From positions 23,374,001 through 23,438,000 of the forward strand of contig OX597840.1 of NCBI GenBank assembly GCA_951406725.2: a stretch of DNA of 64,000 nt, read 5' to 3'. The first letter of the stretch is position 1; every line of letters starts with the position of its first letter. This DNA comes from Octopus vulgaris (taxonomy: Eukaryota). A program made the translations under genes and the position numbers. The notes beneath the pieces were generated by a model. The model was not told where the DNA came from. It saw only the letters and a program-made list of their open reading frames with translations, and ran no database searches. Below, in pieces: positions 12,026-24,330 of the stretch.

Positions 12026-12158
12026 TTATTGTGCCGACTGCCAAGAATTCCTCCTCTGAGGTGTTTTGTTCCTGTAGTTGTGCATGTATATCTTTTTGTC
12101 TTCTCTTTGAAAATTGGGGCTTGTATTTCTGGGATTTTTTTAGTCTACACATTTTTTC

Positions 12159-12905
12159 CTAGTGGTTAGGTTTTCCACATGCTTTGCAGTGTGTACCGAA
12201 TGCAGGACATTTCTTCCGGTTGTCGAACTCATGCTCTGTACCACAGTACTGGCATGTTCTTTGTTTGCTGGTATGTTTCGTCCTGTGCCTAGATACAATA
12301 TCTACACTGCTGCCAAGTGAGCTTGTTTGTAAGGTAAGTGAGGCCATTTGTTTGGTAGTGGCTTCGAATGCTCTTGCAGTGTCTACTGCTTCTATCAACT
12401 GGAGAGCGTCCTAACCTATGAGGGATTTCTGAACTTCTTTATGAGCACATCCCCATATTAATTGGTCAACAATTCTTTCGTCCTTATCTTTAAATTTGCA
12501 TTTTTCGGCAACGTTCTTCAGTCTGGACAGGAAATTGTAAATCCTTTCTTGTGGGTCTTGTTTCAGGCCCTGGAATTCGTATCTGTGAATTCTATGGTTC
12601 GATCTGGGCTCTAGGTGCCTTTCAAATTTCTCTAAAAGTGTGTCTGGGTTATTGCAATCCGATTCTGACATGTCCCAGCTATTGAATAGGTCTAGACCTT
12701 TTTCGACCGTCCATAAAAAGCTTACCTTTTCAACTTCAGACGTGCCTTTCAGGAAACTTTTGAAAGCTAGTTGAGTTTTCTGCTTGAATTTCTTGAACGC
12801 TTCCATGATATCATTGGAGTCCCAGTTCATGTTCAGATGTAGATTCATCTGTACGGTGACGGAGGTCGCCATTTTGGATTCTCGTGTATGTGTGTCCGAA
12901 GACAA
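12159..12905 (-). pseudogene. Gypsy gag with zinc knuckle, interrupted by a stop
   Basis: ORFs 12411-12905 and 12159-12398; CQYCGTEH...CPAFGTHCKACGKPNH. Confidence 0.8.
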
Positions 12906-12979
12906 AGCGATGTTTTGTTTGTTAATTTCTGGTTCGTTGTGTTTCTGTTTTGTTGTAAAGGCACAGTTTCCGATTAATT

Positions 12980-12997
12980 ATCCCACCGCTGCCACCA
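12980..12997 (-). promoter_or_regulatory. Primer-binding site complementary to the tRNA-Leu 3' end
   Basis: Minus strand TGGTGGCAGCGGTGGGAT directly after the LTR-terminal CA. It is the complement of ...ATCCCACCGCTGCCA-CCA. Confidence 0.8.
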
Positions 12998-13609
12998 TGT
13001 TATGTGTTGTTTCCTTCTAATGGGATAGACAACCAATATGAAGCCATTGTTATCGTTTACGTGTTTATTTACTTTTTCATGTTACACGAACTGGACTACA
13101 TTCAGCGCAGCGACACCGATATAACTTTAGACACAGCGTAGTAATAATTATAAAATAGTGCCAAAAGCGGGGACGCATTCCAAACACGCACGCGGCTCTA
13201 CTTTATAGATTTGGTATTTTGTGAAGAGATTTCTTCAATATTCGGCTTCATCACTATTATTGTTATTATCACCAACCCTTTTCCGTTTTGCGACCACGTG
13301 TGGAAATATTCGAGTGTAGTGAAAATTTCCATACTTGAGGTATCCCTATAATTTTCCACACTATATTCCATCAGTTAATTTGCTTCTCCACAAAAAATTT
13401 TTTTAAAAGTTACTGTGGTTTAAAGTTTGATCATTCTTACCCATTTAGAAAACAATATTTGGAAGCTGTCATTTTGTTCATGTAAAAAAAGTGGGGTGAA
13501 ATATAAAATTATTGTGATTTTGTACTTTTTACACGGAAATTCATGATTCTGCAAAGACGTGATATAAAAAACTTTGTTCCACTAAAAGACAAATTACTTT
13601 TAACTATGC

Positions 13610-13830
13610 ACTATCCATCACCATTTCTTCCACCACAACCATCATCTCTCTCTTCGCCTTGAATCTCACCATCAGAACATCACCACTCTGCTAAAATTAT
13701 ATTGCTAACTTCTCTATATCATCAACTTCAACTAACTTTTTTAACCATGTAATAAATATTATGTTCCCCCTATCACATATCATGTACGCTTCTCTCTGTC
13801 CCTCTTTCTATCTTACTCTTTGCTTTAATA
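13610..13830 (-). repeat. Orphan remnant of a ZNF-gene 3' flank
   Basis: Reverse complement resembles 7830-7990, 33330-33520 and 47020-47260 (gatagggggaa..ggttaaaaaag..gtgatgttctgatg). Confidence 0.6.
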
Positions 13831-13879
13831 TATGGGTGCTTGAAACTCTCAGAAGAGAATTGCTGGGACCAGTATTCCG

Positions 13880-14225
13880 TTTGGGATATGCTTTTGAAAT
13901 GGAAAGAAAGCATGCCTTTTTTTGGAAACGACTTGTGACTGGAGATGAAAAATGGATTGCATGTTCAGCCAAACTGATCCTGGAGTTTGAAGAAATATCC
14001 CCCAAGCAACCAAAGATGAATATCCATGGCAACAAACCTGTGCTTTGTGTTTGGTGGGATCATAAAGGCATTGTTTATTATGACCTTCTCCCATAAAACC
14101 AGACCATTAATTCTGATGTGTTCTGTCATCAACTGGCTAATTTGAACCAAAATATATCAAAGAACTGCGGCTGGAGATTACCAACAGAAAAGCATTAGTC
14201 TTCCAACAAGACAATGCCCAGCCAT
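13880..14225 (+). mobile_element. Mariner (Tc1/mariner) transposase fragment
   Basis: FWKRLVTGDEKWI ... LCVWWDHKGIVYYDLLP*NQTINSDVFCHQL ... VFQQDNA. Confidence 0.85.
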
Positions 14226-16290
14226 TGTCAAATAGAAAGGATTCACCCTATCTCCCTCATATTCCTTATAGTCTTCATTGTTATCATTTTTATGTCGTAT
14301 GTTTTTTAAACCAATATTCTTTCACCCAGATGCATTCTTAATTGAATTCTTTTCTTTTTGCTTTGCATCTTGTACAGATTTAAGTCTTTAATTTTATAAA
14401 TATATATTTATATAATCTTTTAGCTGTTTATCCATTATCCAAAAACAAAAGGTCCCGGTCACTAGTCATGGCCTCGGTGTCTAGTGAGGCAATGTATTGG
14501 GTTATTCCTGAAACCAAAACACTCTAAAGTGGAGCCTGTATTGTGTCTGCATCAAAAGATAGTCGCTCATCTGCTATTCACTGAAAACTGAAGGAAATTG
14601 GAATACGGTAATTACTTAATACACTTTATGCACAATTTTATAGACACAGCACTCATAAAATAAATATTCGCTGATATTTTTCCAGTTTTCTCATTAACAG
14701 AAAAAAATTACATTTTAAAATTTACATGGGCACAATTTCTTATCTAAAACATGAGAAGTGTATACTAAAAAAATTACCTTATATGTAAAATATAGGGGTC
14801 ACAATTTAATGTAACATGGCTTACTCTGAAAACCACATCAGTGGTAACTTGTAAGCCAAGGTGATGGGTCAGAGAGCCAATACACATTTCAATTTGTAGG
14901 TGTTATAAAAAAACTTAGTTCAAGTAAAAAAAAAACATTACTTTTCACTTTGTATTCACCATCACAACCACCACCATCATCTGTCTCTCTCTACCTTTCT
15001 TTAATCTCTCCATCAGAACATCACCCACCTTCTAAAATTATATTCATAACTCTCCCCTATATCACAACCTTCAACTAAATATGTCCCCCTATCACGTCAT
15101 GCACGCTTCTCTCTCTTCCCGTCCCACTCATGGCCTTATCCTTTCTCTCTCCAATCACATGAAAGTGTTACTGACGACCTAAGTAACGTAATGACAAGCA
15201 GAATTATTATAAGATCAACTTCCTTTACTTTTCCCTCCCTCTCACCCCACTACTCTAACTACACCAGTTGAACAAAGAAGCTTTACTACACGTACATTAT
15301 TTTTGTGGGAGGTTTGGATAATATTTTTTGCAAGGTAATTACAAATCACATAAGGAGACCGGAGAAAAGTTTGATATTATTTATTCAGCATTACATGTGT
15401 TTCATTTCCTAATAGGAATCAAAAACTTTTAGATGTGTAGAAAACATGTAACATATATTTCCCATGAAAAATTCTTCAGACATACAATAGTTTATGTGAG
15501 TGTGTGTGTATGTACCCTTGTCCAGATATTATGTGATGTTCGTAAAGGGCCATCATCACCGTCATACTTGTGCAGTTGTTCACTTCCAGTCCTGTGTGTA
15601 AAATAAGTCTCACCAGGGAAAATATCTCCTTGCTTGGAAACAGGTGAAGACTGGTCATAAGAAAGGTACCCAGATGTAGGAAATCTCCATCAATGAATTC
15701 CATTTGATCCACAGAAGCATGAATAGGAGAATGTTAAATGATGAGGATCATCATCATCGTGGTTCCTCTTCTGAATGAATGCATTTACATTTCAATAATT
15801 GATCACTTTCATAGATTGATTTAGCACAAATAGCTTAGGTTACAGTTATATCTTTCATATTAATAGGACTGTGTACAAACAATTCACCATTTTGAAAGAA
15901 TGATTCAGGTTTAACATCACAGTGATATGTTTTCCTTCCTCTGTCAATGCTCTTTTGATTCAATAATGGATGATTTCATGTCAAAGATTTACCATAGATG
16001 TCACATTCATATAGTTTCTATATTCTGTGGATGTCTTTATGAGATACGTCCTTTGTCCTTCTGAGGAAATGTTATACAACAAATATCACTGTGTTATAGA
16101 CCCACTTCATAAGGAAAGACTTGTTTAAATCAGAAATGATTTTGTGTAAATGATTTGCCACAGATACTACTGTGAATTGATTTTTCTTGAGTGCGAATCC
16201 ATTTGTGGATAGTTAAGTGACTGTTTCCAGAGAATATCTTACCACAGATATCACAGGGGTATGGTTTCTACCCTGTATGAATATGCTTGT
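14036..16290 (-). repeat. Right arm of the long inverted repeat (G2 3' region)
   Basis: Reverse complement of about 6650-8918. Confidence 0.9.
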
Positions 16291-17500
16291 GTTTGGTTAA
16301 GTTACTGTGTTGAGAGAAAGATTTACCACAGATATCACAGTGATATGGTTTCTCCCCAGTATGAATACGTCTGTGTTGAGTAAGGCTACGGCTTTCTGAG
16401 AATGATTTTCCACAGATATCACAGGAATATGGCTTCTCTCCTGTATGAACCCGTTTGTGAGTAGTTAAGTTACCGCTTTGATCAAATAATTTACCACAAA
16501 TATCACAGTGATATGGTTTCTCCCCTGTATGAATACATTTGTGATTCGTTAAGCTACTTCCATTAGAGAATGATTTACCACAGATATCACAGTGATATGG
16601 TTTCTCCCCTGTATGAATACATTTGTGTTTAATTAAGCTACTTCCATCAGAGAAAGATTTACCACAGATATCACAGTGATATGGTTTCTCCCCTGTATGA
16701 ATACGTTTGTGCTTCGTTAAGCTACATCCATCAGAGAAAGATTTACCACAGATATTACAATGATATGGTTTGTCCCCTGTATGAATACGTTTGTGATTCG
16801 TTAAGCTACATCCATCAGAGAATGATTTACCACAGATATCACAATGATATGGTTTGTCCCCCCCATGACCCCGTCTGTGAGTAGTTAAGTTACCTTCTTG
16901 ATAGAATGATTTACCACAGATATCACAGTGATATGGTTTCTCCCGAGTATGAATACGTTTGTGCCGAGTTAAGCTATTGCCAACAGAGAATGATTTACCA
17001 CAGATATCACAGGAATAAGGCTTCTCTCCTGTATGAACCCGTTTGTGTTGAGTTAAGATACTGGTCTGAGAGAATGATTTACCACAGATATCACAGCAAT
17101 ATGGTTTCTCCCCAGTATGAATACGTCTGTGTTGAGTTAGGCTACGGCTTTCTGAGAATGATTTACCACAGATATCACAGGAATATGGCTTCTCTCCTGT
17201 ATGAACCCGTTTGTGAGTAGTTAAGTTACCGCTTTGATCGAATGATTTACCACAGATATCACAGGGATATGGTTTCTCCCCTGTATGAATACGTTTGTGT
17301 TTAATTAAGCTACTTCCATCAGAGAATGATTTACCACAGATATCACAGCGATATGGTTTCTCTCCTGTATGAACTCGTTTGTGTCGGGTTAAGCTTTTCT
17401 TGTCAGACAATGATTTACCACAGATATCACAGCGATATGGATCTTGACTTGTATGAATTTCTTGGTGTTTACTGGATTTACGTTTTTCTAAAAATGACAT
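16268..17500 (-). CDS. C2H2 zinc-finger protein G2, 410 aa, 14 fingers
   Basis: Uninterrupted CxxC..HxxxH/TGEKP array. Fingers 3-4 recur as 12-13. Ends TG-TAG. Confidence 0.88.
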   Translation of the reverse strand: MSFLEKRKSSKHQEIHTSQDPYRCDICGKSLSDKKSLTRHKRVHTGEKPYRCDICGKSFSDGSSLIKHKRIHTGEKPYPCDICGKSFDQSGNLTTHKRVHTGEKPYSCDICGKSFSESRSLTQHRRIHTGEKPYCCDICGKSFSQTSILTQHKRVHTGEKPYSCDICGKSFSVGNSLTRHKRIHTREKPYHCDICGKSFYQEGNLTTHRRGHGGDKPYHCDICGKSFSDGCSLTNHKRIHTGDKPYHCNICGKSFSDGCSLTKHKRIHTGEKPYHCDICGKSFSDGSSLIKHKCIHTGEKPYHCDICGKSFSNGSSLTNHKCIHTGEKPYHCDICGKLFDQSGNLTTHKRVHTGEKPYSCDICGKSFSESRSLTQHRRIHTGEKPYHCDICGKSFSQHSNLTKHKHIHTG

Positions 17501-18476
17501 TTTGTACGTGTCACAGTCATATGATGATTTTCAAAATTCTTCAGACACCTCTTCAAGAAAAAATAAAATCGATCCTTCAAGTTGTACAGATCAACAACTT
17601 TTCAATAATATTTCTTCTCTCACCAAAATATATTTTCCTTCTTTTTGCTTTCATAGTTTATTCCAAACAAATATCACTTCTCTTATATTTCTTCTAAACG
17701 TGATCAATGCCAATATTTAAAAATGTCGCAAATACTCTTTGAAAATCCATCAAATTATATTTAAAAGAGAAAACTATCTCTTGCACATTTCAGACACAGA
17801 AGTAAAGAAATGCTTTCTCTCTCAGGGGAAATATTTCACTGTAACTCAGCAATGTTTTATAGAAGCAGGAGTATACGTTTGTAGAATATCTTTGCAGAGT
17901 CTTTCGAACACGATACATATTGATGATTCTTTAAAAGTATAATTTACTGTTATGCCAATTTCATGTGATTTTCTGAAAGAATAAAAAAAATAATATAAGG
18001 CATAGAATAAGTTTAAAAGGCAGATATTCAAAAATGCAATTTTATGCTATTTCTGTTTTAATGGATTGTAGAAGTAAACCTGCATTCAAACTAATAAACT
18101 TACCCAAAAGTTAATAAATTACGAGCAGATTCAATAATTATAATTGCAACTCCTGGACATTAAATCTGTGACACACACGCTCTTTCTCTCTCTCACACAC
18201 ACACCAATATAGATGTCAATGGCCTAGATAACCAATGTTTTCACCTCAGAGTTCTATCTTGTCAACACAGCTTTGTTTAGTAACACAGATGTGGAGGCAC
18301 ATGGCCTAATGGTTAGAGCAGCGGACTCGCGGTCGTGGGAATCTCAGACCGGAAGTTATGCTGCATTTCTGAAGCAATTAATAAAAACAAAATAACATGA
18401 ATATATATATATTTGAGATGTTTTTTCTTATTTTACTTAAATCGTTCATTTTCTTCATCACAATACACATCCTAAT

Positions 18477-19065
18477 CTTCTAAACGTGATCAATGCCAAT
18501 AACAATGTCGCAAATACTCTTTGAAAATCCATCAAATTATATTTAAAAGAGAAAATCTATCTCTTGCACATTTCAGACACAGAAGTAAAGAAATGCTTTC
18601 TCTCTCAGGGGAAATATTTAATGTAACTCAGCAATGTTTTATAGAAGCAGGAGTATACGTTTGTAGAATATCTTTGCAGAGTCTTTCAACACATGATGCA
18701 TATTGATGATTCTTTAAAAGTATAATTTACTGTTATGCCAATTTCGTGTGATTTTCTGAAAGAATAAAAAAATAATATAAGGCATAGAATAAGTTTAAAA
18801 GGCAGATATTCAAATGCAATTTTATGCTATATTTCTGTTTTAATGGATTGTAGAAGTAAACCTGCATTCAAACTAATAAACTTACCCAAAAGTTAATAAA
18901 TTACGAGCAGATTCAATAATTATAATTGCAACTCCTGGACATTAAATCTGTGACACACACGCTCTTTCTCTCTCACACACACACCAATATAGATGTCAAT
19001 GGCCTAGATAACCAATGTTTTCACCTCGAGTCTTGTCAACACAGATGTGGAGGCACATGGCCTAG
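18477..19065 (-). repeat. Tandem duplicate of the G2 acceptor/leader region (copy of about 17690-18310)
   Basis: Near-identical sequence starting ttctaaacgtgatcaatgcc; second acceptor AG at 18757-18756. Confidence 0.85.
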
Positions 19066-19322
19066 CGGACCCATGGTTGAGGGATCACAGGTTCAAATCT
19101 CAGACCAAGCAATGCGTGTGTTTATGAGTGAAACACCTAAGCTCCATGCGTGGCTCCGGCAAAAGGTAATGGCGAACTTCTTGCTGACTTCGCTACATCT
19201 TTCTTCACTTTTCCTCCTGCATCTTGCAGCTCACCTTCGACGGACCAGCTTGTCTAGGTGGGGGGAATCTATACACTAAGGAAACTAGCCCTTATGAGCC
19301 AGGCATGGCTCGAGAAGGAACA
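19049..19322 (+). mobile_element. tRNA-derived SINE; head-only copies at about 18292-18350 and 41151-41222
   Basis: ggaggcacatggcctag..ggttcaaatctcagacc head. A and B boxes are clearest at 41151-41222. The body matches 52658-52945. Confidence 0.65.
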
Positions 19323-19359
19323 AGTAACACAGATATCACACCTGTTTTGCCCGGAATAG

Positions 19360-19530
19360 GTGTCACTCACCAGAGGCATCGAATTGTGGCCCTTTCCAAT
19401 GAATAGCATCCCGAAACGTCAGCGAGAACTCCTGGTTTACTGTCTGACCATGTGGAGCATACTCACATGAACAATCCCCTGAGTCAAAGAAAACGGTCAA
19501 CAGTGTTTCGACATTCACAAGGGAGAGGTT
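19360..19530 (-). mobile_element. Degenerate mariner fragment; copies at 43733-44020 and 52995-53175
   Basis: Minus strand TLLTVFFDSRG..GQTVNQEF-like motif. Confidence 0.6.
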
Positions 19531-20448
19531 TTCAACTTCAAAGACTGAACCTTTAGGGGAACATTGCAGTTCGCTTGAAGCATTGGCATTTGTAAAAATA
19601 ATGCATTGAATGGCACAACAACGGCTTATAATAACCGTTGTAATTTAATCGTCCATAGTCTGATATAATATTTCGGAATATAAAAAATTCCTTCTTCAGA
19701 TATCCTGGAATTGATCGAGTCACTGCTATAATCGGTTTTCCAGTGGCTTTTTTTTTTCTTTTTGGAAGCATCTCAGTAGTGGTCTCACGAAGCTCCTTTT
19801 CCAGAATTCCCTCATGAGAAGTGCATGAGGTCAGCCTCAAGCTCATGTGTGCTGTCACATCTGTGCAGTTCTACTGAGCCTTTGATGGGGAGTCATGTTA
19901 CCACAGACTGACCCGAAGACCTTAACCTTAACCCTAAAACCCTAATCTTAACCGTAACTACAGAAATGTTTTGAAATTTTTTTCCGCATCATAATATATA
20001 TGTATTTTTCTGCATATTTAGAAAAAAAATTTTAAAAAGACAATTCATAAAAGTTTTTCGAAATTTTTTTTCCGAATCATAACTTCCGTATTTTTCTGCA
20101 TATTTTCAAAAAAAAAAACTTCTGAAGAAAGTAAAAAAAAATGAAGGAAATGGGGGTGTGGTGGATAATTAAAACATGCCATTTTTTGCAGAGTCGTATT
20201 CCCTGCAGTCAAAAAGTGGTGTTGTGTCAAAAAAAAAAATTTTTAAGGGGAGGGGGTCTGCCGCATTTCTGAAGTAATTAATAAAAAATACGAATATATC
20301 TATATATATCTATATTTGAGATGTTTTTTCTTATTTTACTTAAATCGTTCGTTTTCTTCATCACAATACACATCCTTTAGCAATTATTCCTAATTTTTCT
20401 TTTCTTTTCTGCCTTTTCAAATTATTGACAAGACTTCCTTGTACCCCT

Positions 20449-21155
20449 CATATATATAAGTAGTAAATTGTAATAACGGAGAAGAACTAGCAAAAATAAA
20501 GACATTTTTTAAATGTTTCCCAAAAAATGCCGATCCATGTGTGAACCATCCTCTTTTCGTTTCAGTATTTCGAGTGCACAAATTTTATATATTCTCCATT
20601 TTTCAGAAATTACATCGTAATTTCCCAAGCATTTAACTAAATTCTTAGATTTACAAGCCAAAAATAAAGGAAAATGTTGTGTAAACGAGGTATTGCCCTG
20701 ACACAAGCAATGTAAGAAAAACCAAAACTGGAACGGAATGTCTAAAAGAAAATAAAACAAAAGTATTCGAATGTCAGCCTTACTTTCATATAATTTCGGC
20801 TTTGTTTGGTGAGATTCTTTTAATTTAATTATTCAACACGTCAGAATAAGCAAATGTACGTAAAATGACACATATACAATAGAAATGCTTAAGTAAATAT
20901 AATACTCACATAGAAATATATGTATATATATAGAGAGAGAGTCACTGAGGAAAATGTGAGAATATGATGAAGCAGTGAGGACTGGAGTCTGAGGGACAAT
21001 GACAGCTTCAAGAGAATTTCTAGATTTTTAATTGCAAACGTTGATTTATATTTTGCAGGTGAATTTAATAAAGAATACTGTACACAGTTAATTATCAAAC
21101 GTGTGTATATTCAATTGGGTTCTCTCTTAAACAAGGAAACAGAATAGAAAAAAGA
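20449..21155 (-). promoter_or_regulatory. G2 promoter/exon-1 module, copy 1
   Basis: Homologous to the module at 3973 on the opposite strand; donor GTGAGT at 20909-20904. Confidence 0.5.
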
Positions 21156-21630
21156 GGTACTTGGCAAGTGTAGTGGACCCGGTTTGGCACACGCGAATTC
21201 GCGCCAGACGTACGATAGTCAATGGGTCTAATTAATGATCAAGACAAGGGTGGTGGTGGTGGTAGTTTAGTGTAAATAAACAAACAAGAAAACATCAAAA
21301 CAAACCAAAATAAACAAAACATATATATACACACATACACACACACATATATATATATATATATGTGTACATATATACCTGAATGATGTACCTACCATGG
21401 ATGCTGTCCAAAAACTAAAAACTAGTAAAAGAATATATCACACACATTTTATTTGATTTGTGTAAAAAAAATCAAATCCATTGTTCAAAGAAATAATTTA
21501 TTTATTTTCTTTAAAAATTTCTTTTATTTTATTCTGTAAAATCAACTCATTTGCATACGCGCAAGTCGTTGTAGGATCGACTACTTACGACTAGCTAGCG
21601 CACACCGGTCCAGTCTTTGCTAGTAGTACC
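21156..21630. mobile_element. MITE-like element with GGTACT...AGTACC termini
   Basis: Imperfect TIRs. Shares gtcgttgtaggatcgact..cgactagctag with the 22759 and 43239 MITEs. No TSD; it sits at a duplication junction. Confidence 0.6.
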
Positions 21631-22369
21631 CATATATATATAAGTTGTAAATATATATATAAGTTGTAAATTGTAATGACGGAGAAGAACTAGCAAAAAT
21701 AAAGACATTTCTTTTAATGTTTCACACAAATGCCGTTCCATTTCTTCAGTGAACCATCCTCTTTTCGTTTCAGTATTTCGAATGCACAATCTAATTTTTA
21801 TATATTCTCCATTTTTCAGTAATTACATCGTAATTTCCCTGCATTTAAATAAATTCTTAGATTTACAAGCCAAAAATAAAGGAAAATGTTGTGTAAACAA
21901 GGTATTGCACTGACACAAAGCAATGTAAGAAATAACCAAAACTGGAACGGAATGTCTAAAAGAAAATAAAACAAAATTATTCGAATGTCAGCCTTACTTT
22001 CATATAATTTTGGCTTTGTTTAGTGAGATTCTTTTAATTTAACGTCAGAATAAGCAAATGTACGTAAAATGACACATATACAATAGAAATGCTTAAGTAA
22101 ATATAATACTCACATAGAAATATATGTATATATATAGAGAGAGTCACCGAGGAAAATGTGAGAATATGATGAAGCAGTGAGGACTGGAGTCTGAGTGGAC
22201 AATGACAGCTTCAAGAGAATTTCTAGATTTTTAATTGCAAACGTTGATTTATATTTTGCAGGTGAATTTAATAAAGAATACTGTACGGATTTCTTTACAC
22301 AGTTAATTATCAAACGTGTGTATATTCAATTGGGTTCTCTCTTAAACAAGGAAACAGAATAGGAAAGAT
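21631..22369 (-). promoter_or_regulatory. G2 promoter/exon-1 module, copy 2 (tandem duplicate)
   Basis: Near-identical to 20449-21155 and 42135-42860; donor GTGAGT at 22113-22108. Confidence 0.5.
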
Positions 22370-22454
22370 TTAGCAATTAACAGACGAGGGGAAATCACTC
22401 TATTTCTAATATCCGTTTTTAATTAAGAGCTGAGGTGCTTCACATAAATTCGTA

Positions 22455-22755
22455 AAAGGCTTTCTTGCTCCTGTTTCTTACGCATTTTTATTGCTTGATC
22501 GGTTCCACTTTACAACTGATATTTAAGAGAAAACCAAATTAAATATATACACGATTGGTAATTAAATTTCTAAAGAAACAGATGCAGCATTTTTGATTAT
22601 GTAGACCTGAAAAATATTAATTAACGTTTGTTGTAATGAGGAAGAAATTCTCTTGAAGCTCTCTTTGTCCACTCTGAGTTCAGTTTTCACTACAATATAT
22701 TCTTCTAACACCTTCCTGTATATATATATACATATATATTGTGTTGAGTAAGTTA
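22455..22755 (+). promoter_or_regulatory. G3 promoter/exon-1 module, head-to-head with the G2 module
   Basis: gttccactttacaactgatatt..ATTGG (22554)..gatgcagcatttt; GTAAGT near 22748. Confidence 0.5.
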
Positions 22756-22758
22756 AGA

Positions 22759-23015
22759 AGAGTGCTCCCGGTGCGCGCACTCGCGTATCCGCCCTAGCTA
22801 GCCGATCCTTACTTTGTGTTTTTGTTTTATTTACTTTGTGTTTTTGTGTTTTATTTACTTTCTTTTTAAAACATCATTTCCTTTGTGTAAAAAAAAATTA
22901 TGCATTTTGTGTTTTATTTACTTTCCTACGTAGTCGTTGTAGGATCGACTAGTCACGACTAGCTAGAGCGGATGCGTGAGTGCGCGCACCTGGACCACTC
23001 TAATTAAGTAATACC
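22759..23015. mobile_element. MITE with GC-rich TIRs; left tip deleted; paralogue of 43239-43510
   Basis: agagtgctcccggtgcgcgcactcgcgtatccgccctagctag ... ctagctagagcggatgcgtgagtgcgcgcacctggaccactct. Confidence 0.75.
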
Positions 23016-23044
23016 AGTTAAAAGAAATAATTTCACTAAACAAA

Positions 23045-23375
23045 TACGATCTATTGCATTTCAATGTTTCAGGGTTAGGGTTAGGGGAAGGGTATCTTTT
23101 TTTCTTCAGAAATGTAAATAAAGCCAATCTGTTTCTGAAACGAGGGACATATTCATACGGCACAGAATGTTTTCGCCTCAATAGACGTCAATGATTGGTT
23201 GAAATTGCAGAAATTGAAGAAAAAATACAACAAATATCTTACAAACTATAGAATTTTCTCAATAAAGCTAAGAGAAAAAAATATTCTATAACTACATTCT
23301 ACCAGTTTACGAAATTAAAAATTTTTAGTTACCTAGAAATTATGTTAAAAACTGCCGTTCAAACCGAAAAGATCC
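23045..23375 (-). mobile_element. Partial non-autonomous element (GGATCTTTTCGG-end family)
   Basis: Reverse complement of about 27234-27570; ends ccgaaaagatcc. Confidence 0.6.
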
Positions 23376-23789
23376 AGGCTGTTATTTTAATACTTTCATT
23401 CTGTTTGTTTTCCTTTAGACATTTCATTGCACTTTTGGTTATTTCCTATATTCGTTAACGTCAGATCTGTATCTTGTTTAGGTAAAATTTCTCTTTCTTT
23501 GTGGCGTGTAAATTTGATTATTTAAGTTAAAGGCAGGAAAGTACAATATAATTTGTATAAGAAAATAGGGAATATATAAAAATACAAGTGTGCACCTGAA
23601 ATACTGAAACGAAAAGTAAATATCGTATACTGAAGAAACGAAACACTAGAAAGTACCTAATTTGACCAAAAGTAAAAATAAAAATCCGTTTATATAATCT
23701 TTTACTCGAAAATTAGTAGTAAATATATTTTTTAAAATGTGGAGACGACATATAGAAATGATGGCTGATCGCTATTGTTGAAAAGAATT

Positions 23790-24125
23790 TAGTTAGCCCT
23801 TAATCCTTGCTTAACTGGTTCCTTCATGTATTTGGCGCTCGCTTGAAAGTATCTATAAATCGTTCTGCTTACCCATTTGACCTTGAGTGGTAGGGTGGGG
23901 TAGACGTACTTGCCTACATGTATTTTGCAGGATTTCTTTAACTGGTATCCTGTAAATTGTATTCCCTTCTTCGATGGTGTCCGAAACACCTTTCTGAGCA
24001 AAAAAAAAAAAATGGGCAGGAACGATATAGTTGCCTTCAAGGTAGGTTGACTGCACCTACATCCTTCCAACCACTTTGTAAGGCTATCAATCATGATGAA
24101 GTAGCATTCACCATTCACTTGTCAA
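23790..24125 (-). mobile_element. Degenerate Ty3/gypsy integrase fragment
   Basis: YFIMIDSLTKWLE..PT..ATISFL..GIQFTG..; remnant of the HPxSNGxAERF motif, frameshifted. Confidence 0.6.
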
Positions 24126-24127
24126 GT

Positions 24128-24330
24128 ATCTCTCTATATATAAAAGGCAGTTTGTCTGTCTATGTATCTGTCAGGTTGTACCCTCACCCTGACCACGGTT
24201 TTCAACCGATTCTGATGAAACTTGACACACACATAGCCCAATGTCATAATTCAAAACTAACGCACCTAAAAATTTGTAAAAGTTCCCCCAGTTCTGAAAA
24301 AAATCAATAAATTCGACATGAGGTTGAGAA
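24128..24330 (+). mobile_element. Helitron-like 5' end
   Basis: tc..ctatatataaaa..tgtctgtctatgtatctgtc..caaccgattctgatgaaacttg, typical of non-autonomous Helitron 5' ends. Confidence 0.45.

Larger units (their letters stand above)
8919..13200 (-). mobile_element. Ty3/gypsy LTR retrotransposon, decayed; 3' LTR missing
   Basis: Order on the minus strand is gag-PR-RT-RNaseH-IN. PBS at 12980-12997; the LTR ends ...ATAACA at 12998; AATAAA near 13066 (-). The outer LTR boundary is uncertain. Confidence 0.9.

Noticed and set aside
16681-17697. Repetitive antisense ORFs ([19 protein letters not shown]..), also at 6218, 31026, 45383, 58115 and 58787
   Set aside because: They are reverse-frame shadows of the 84-bp finger repeat, with no independent evidence of coding.
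19921-19960. TTAGGG/CCCTAA-like runs (also near 23070, 27530 and 41665)
   Set aside because: Short and degenerate, and mostly internal to MITE-like elements; not telomeric arrays.
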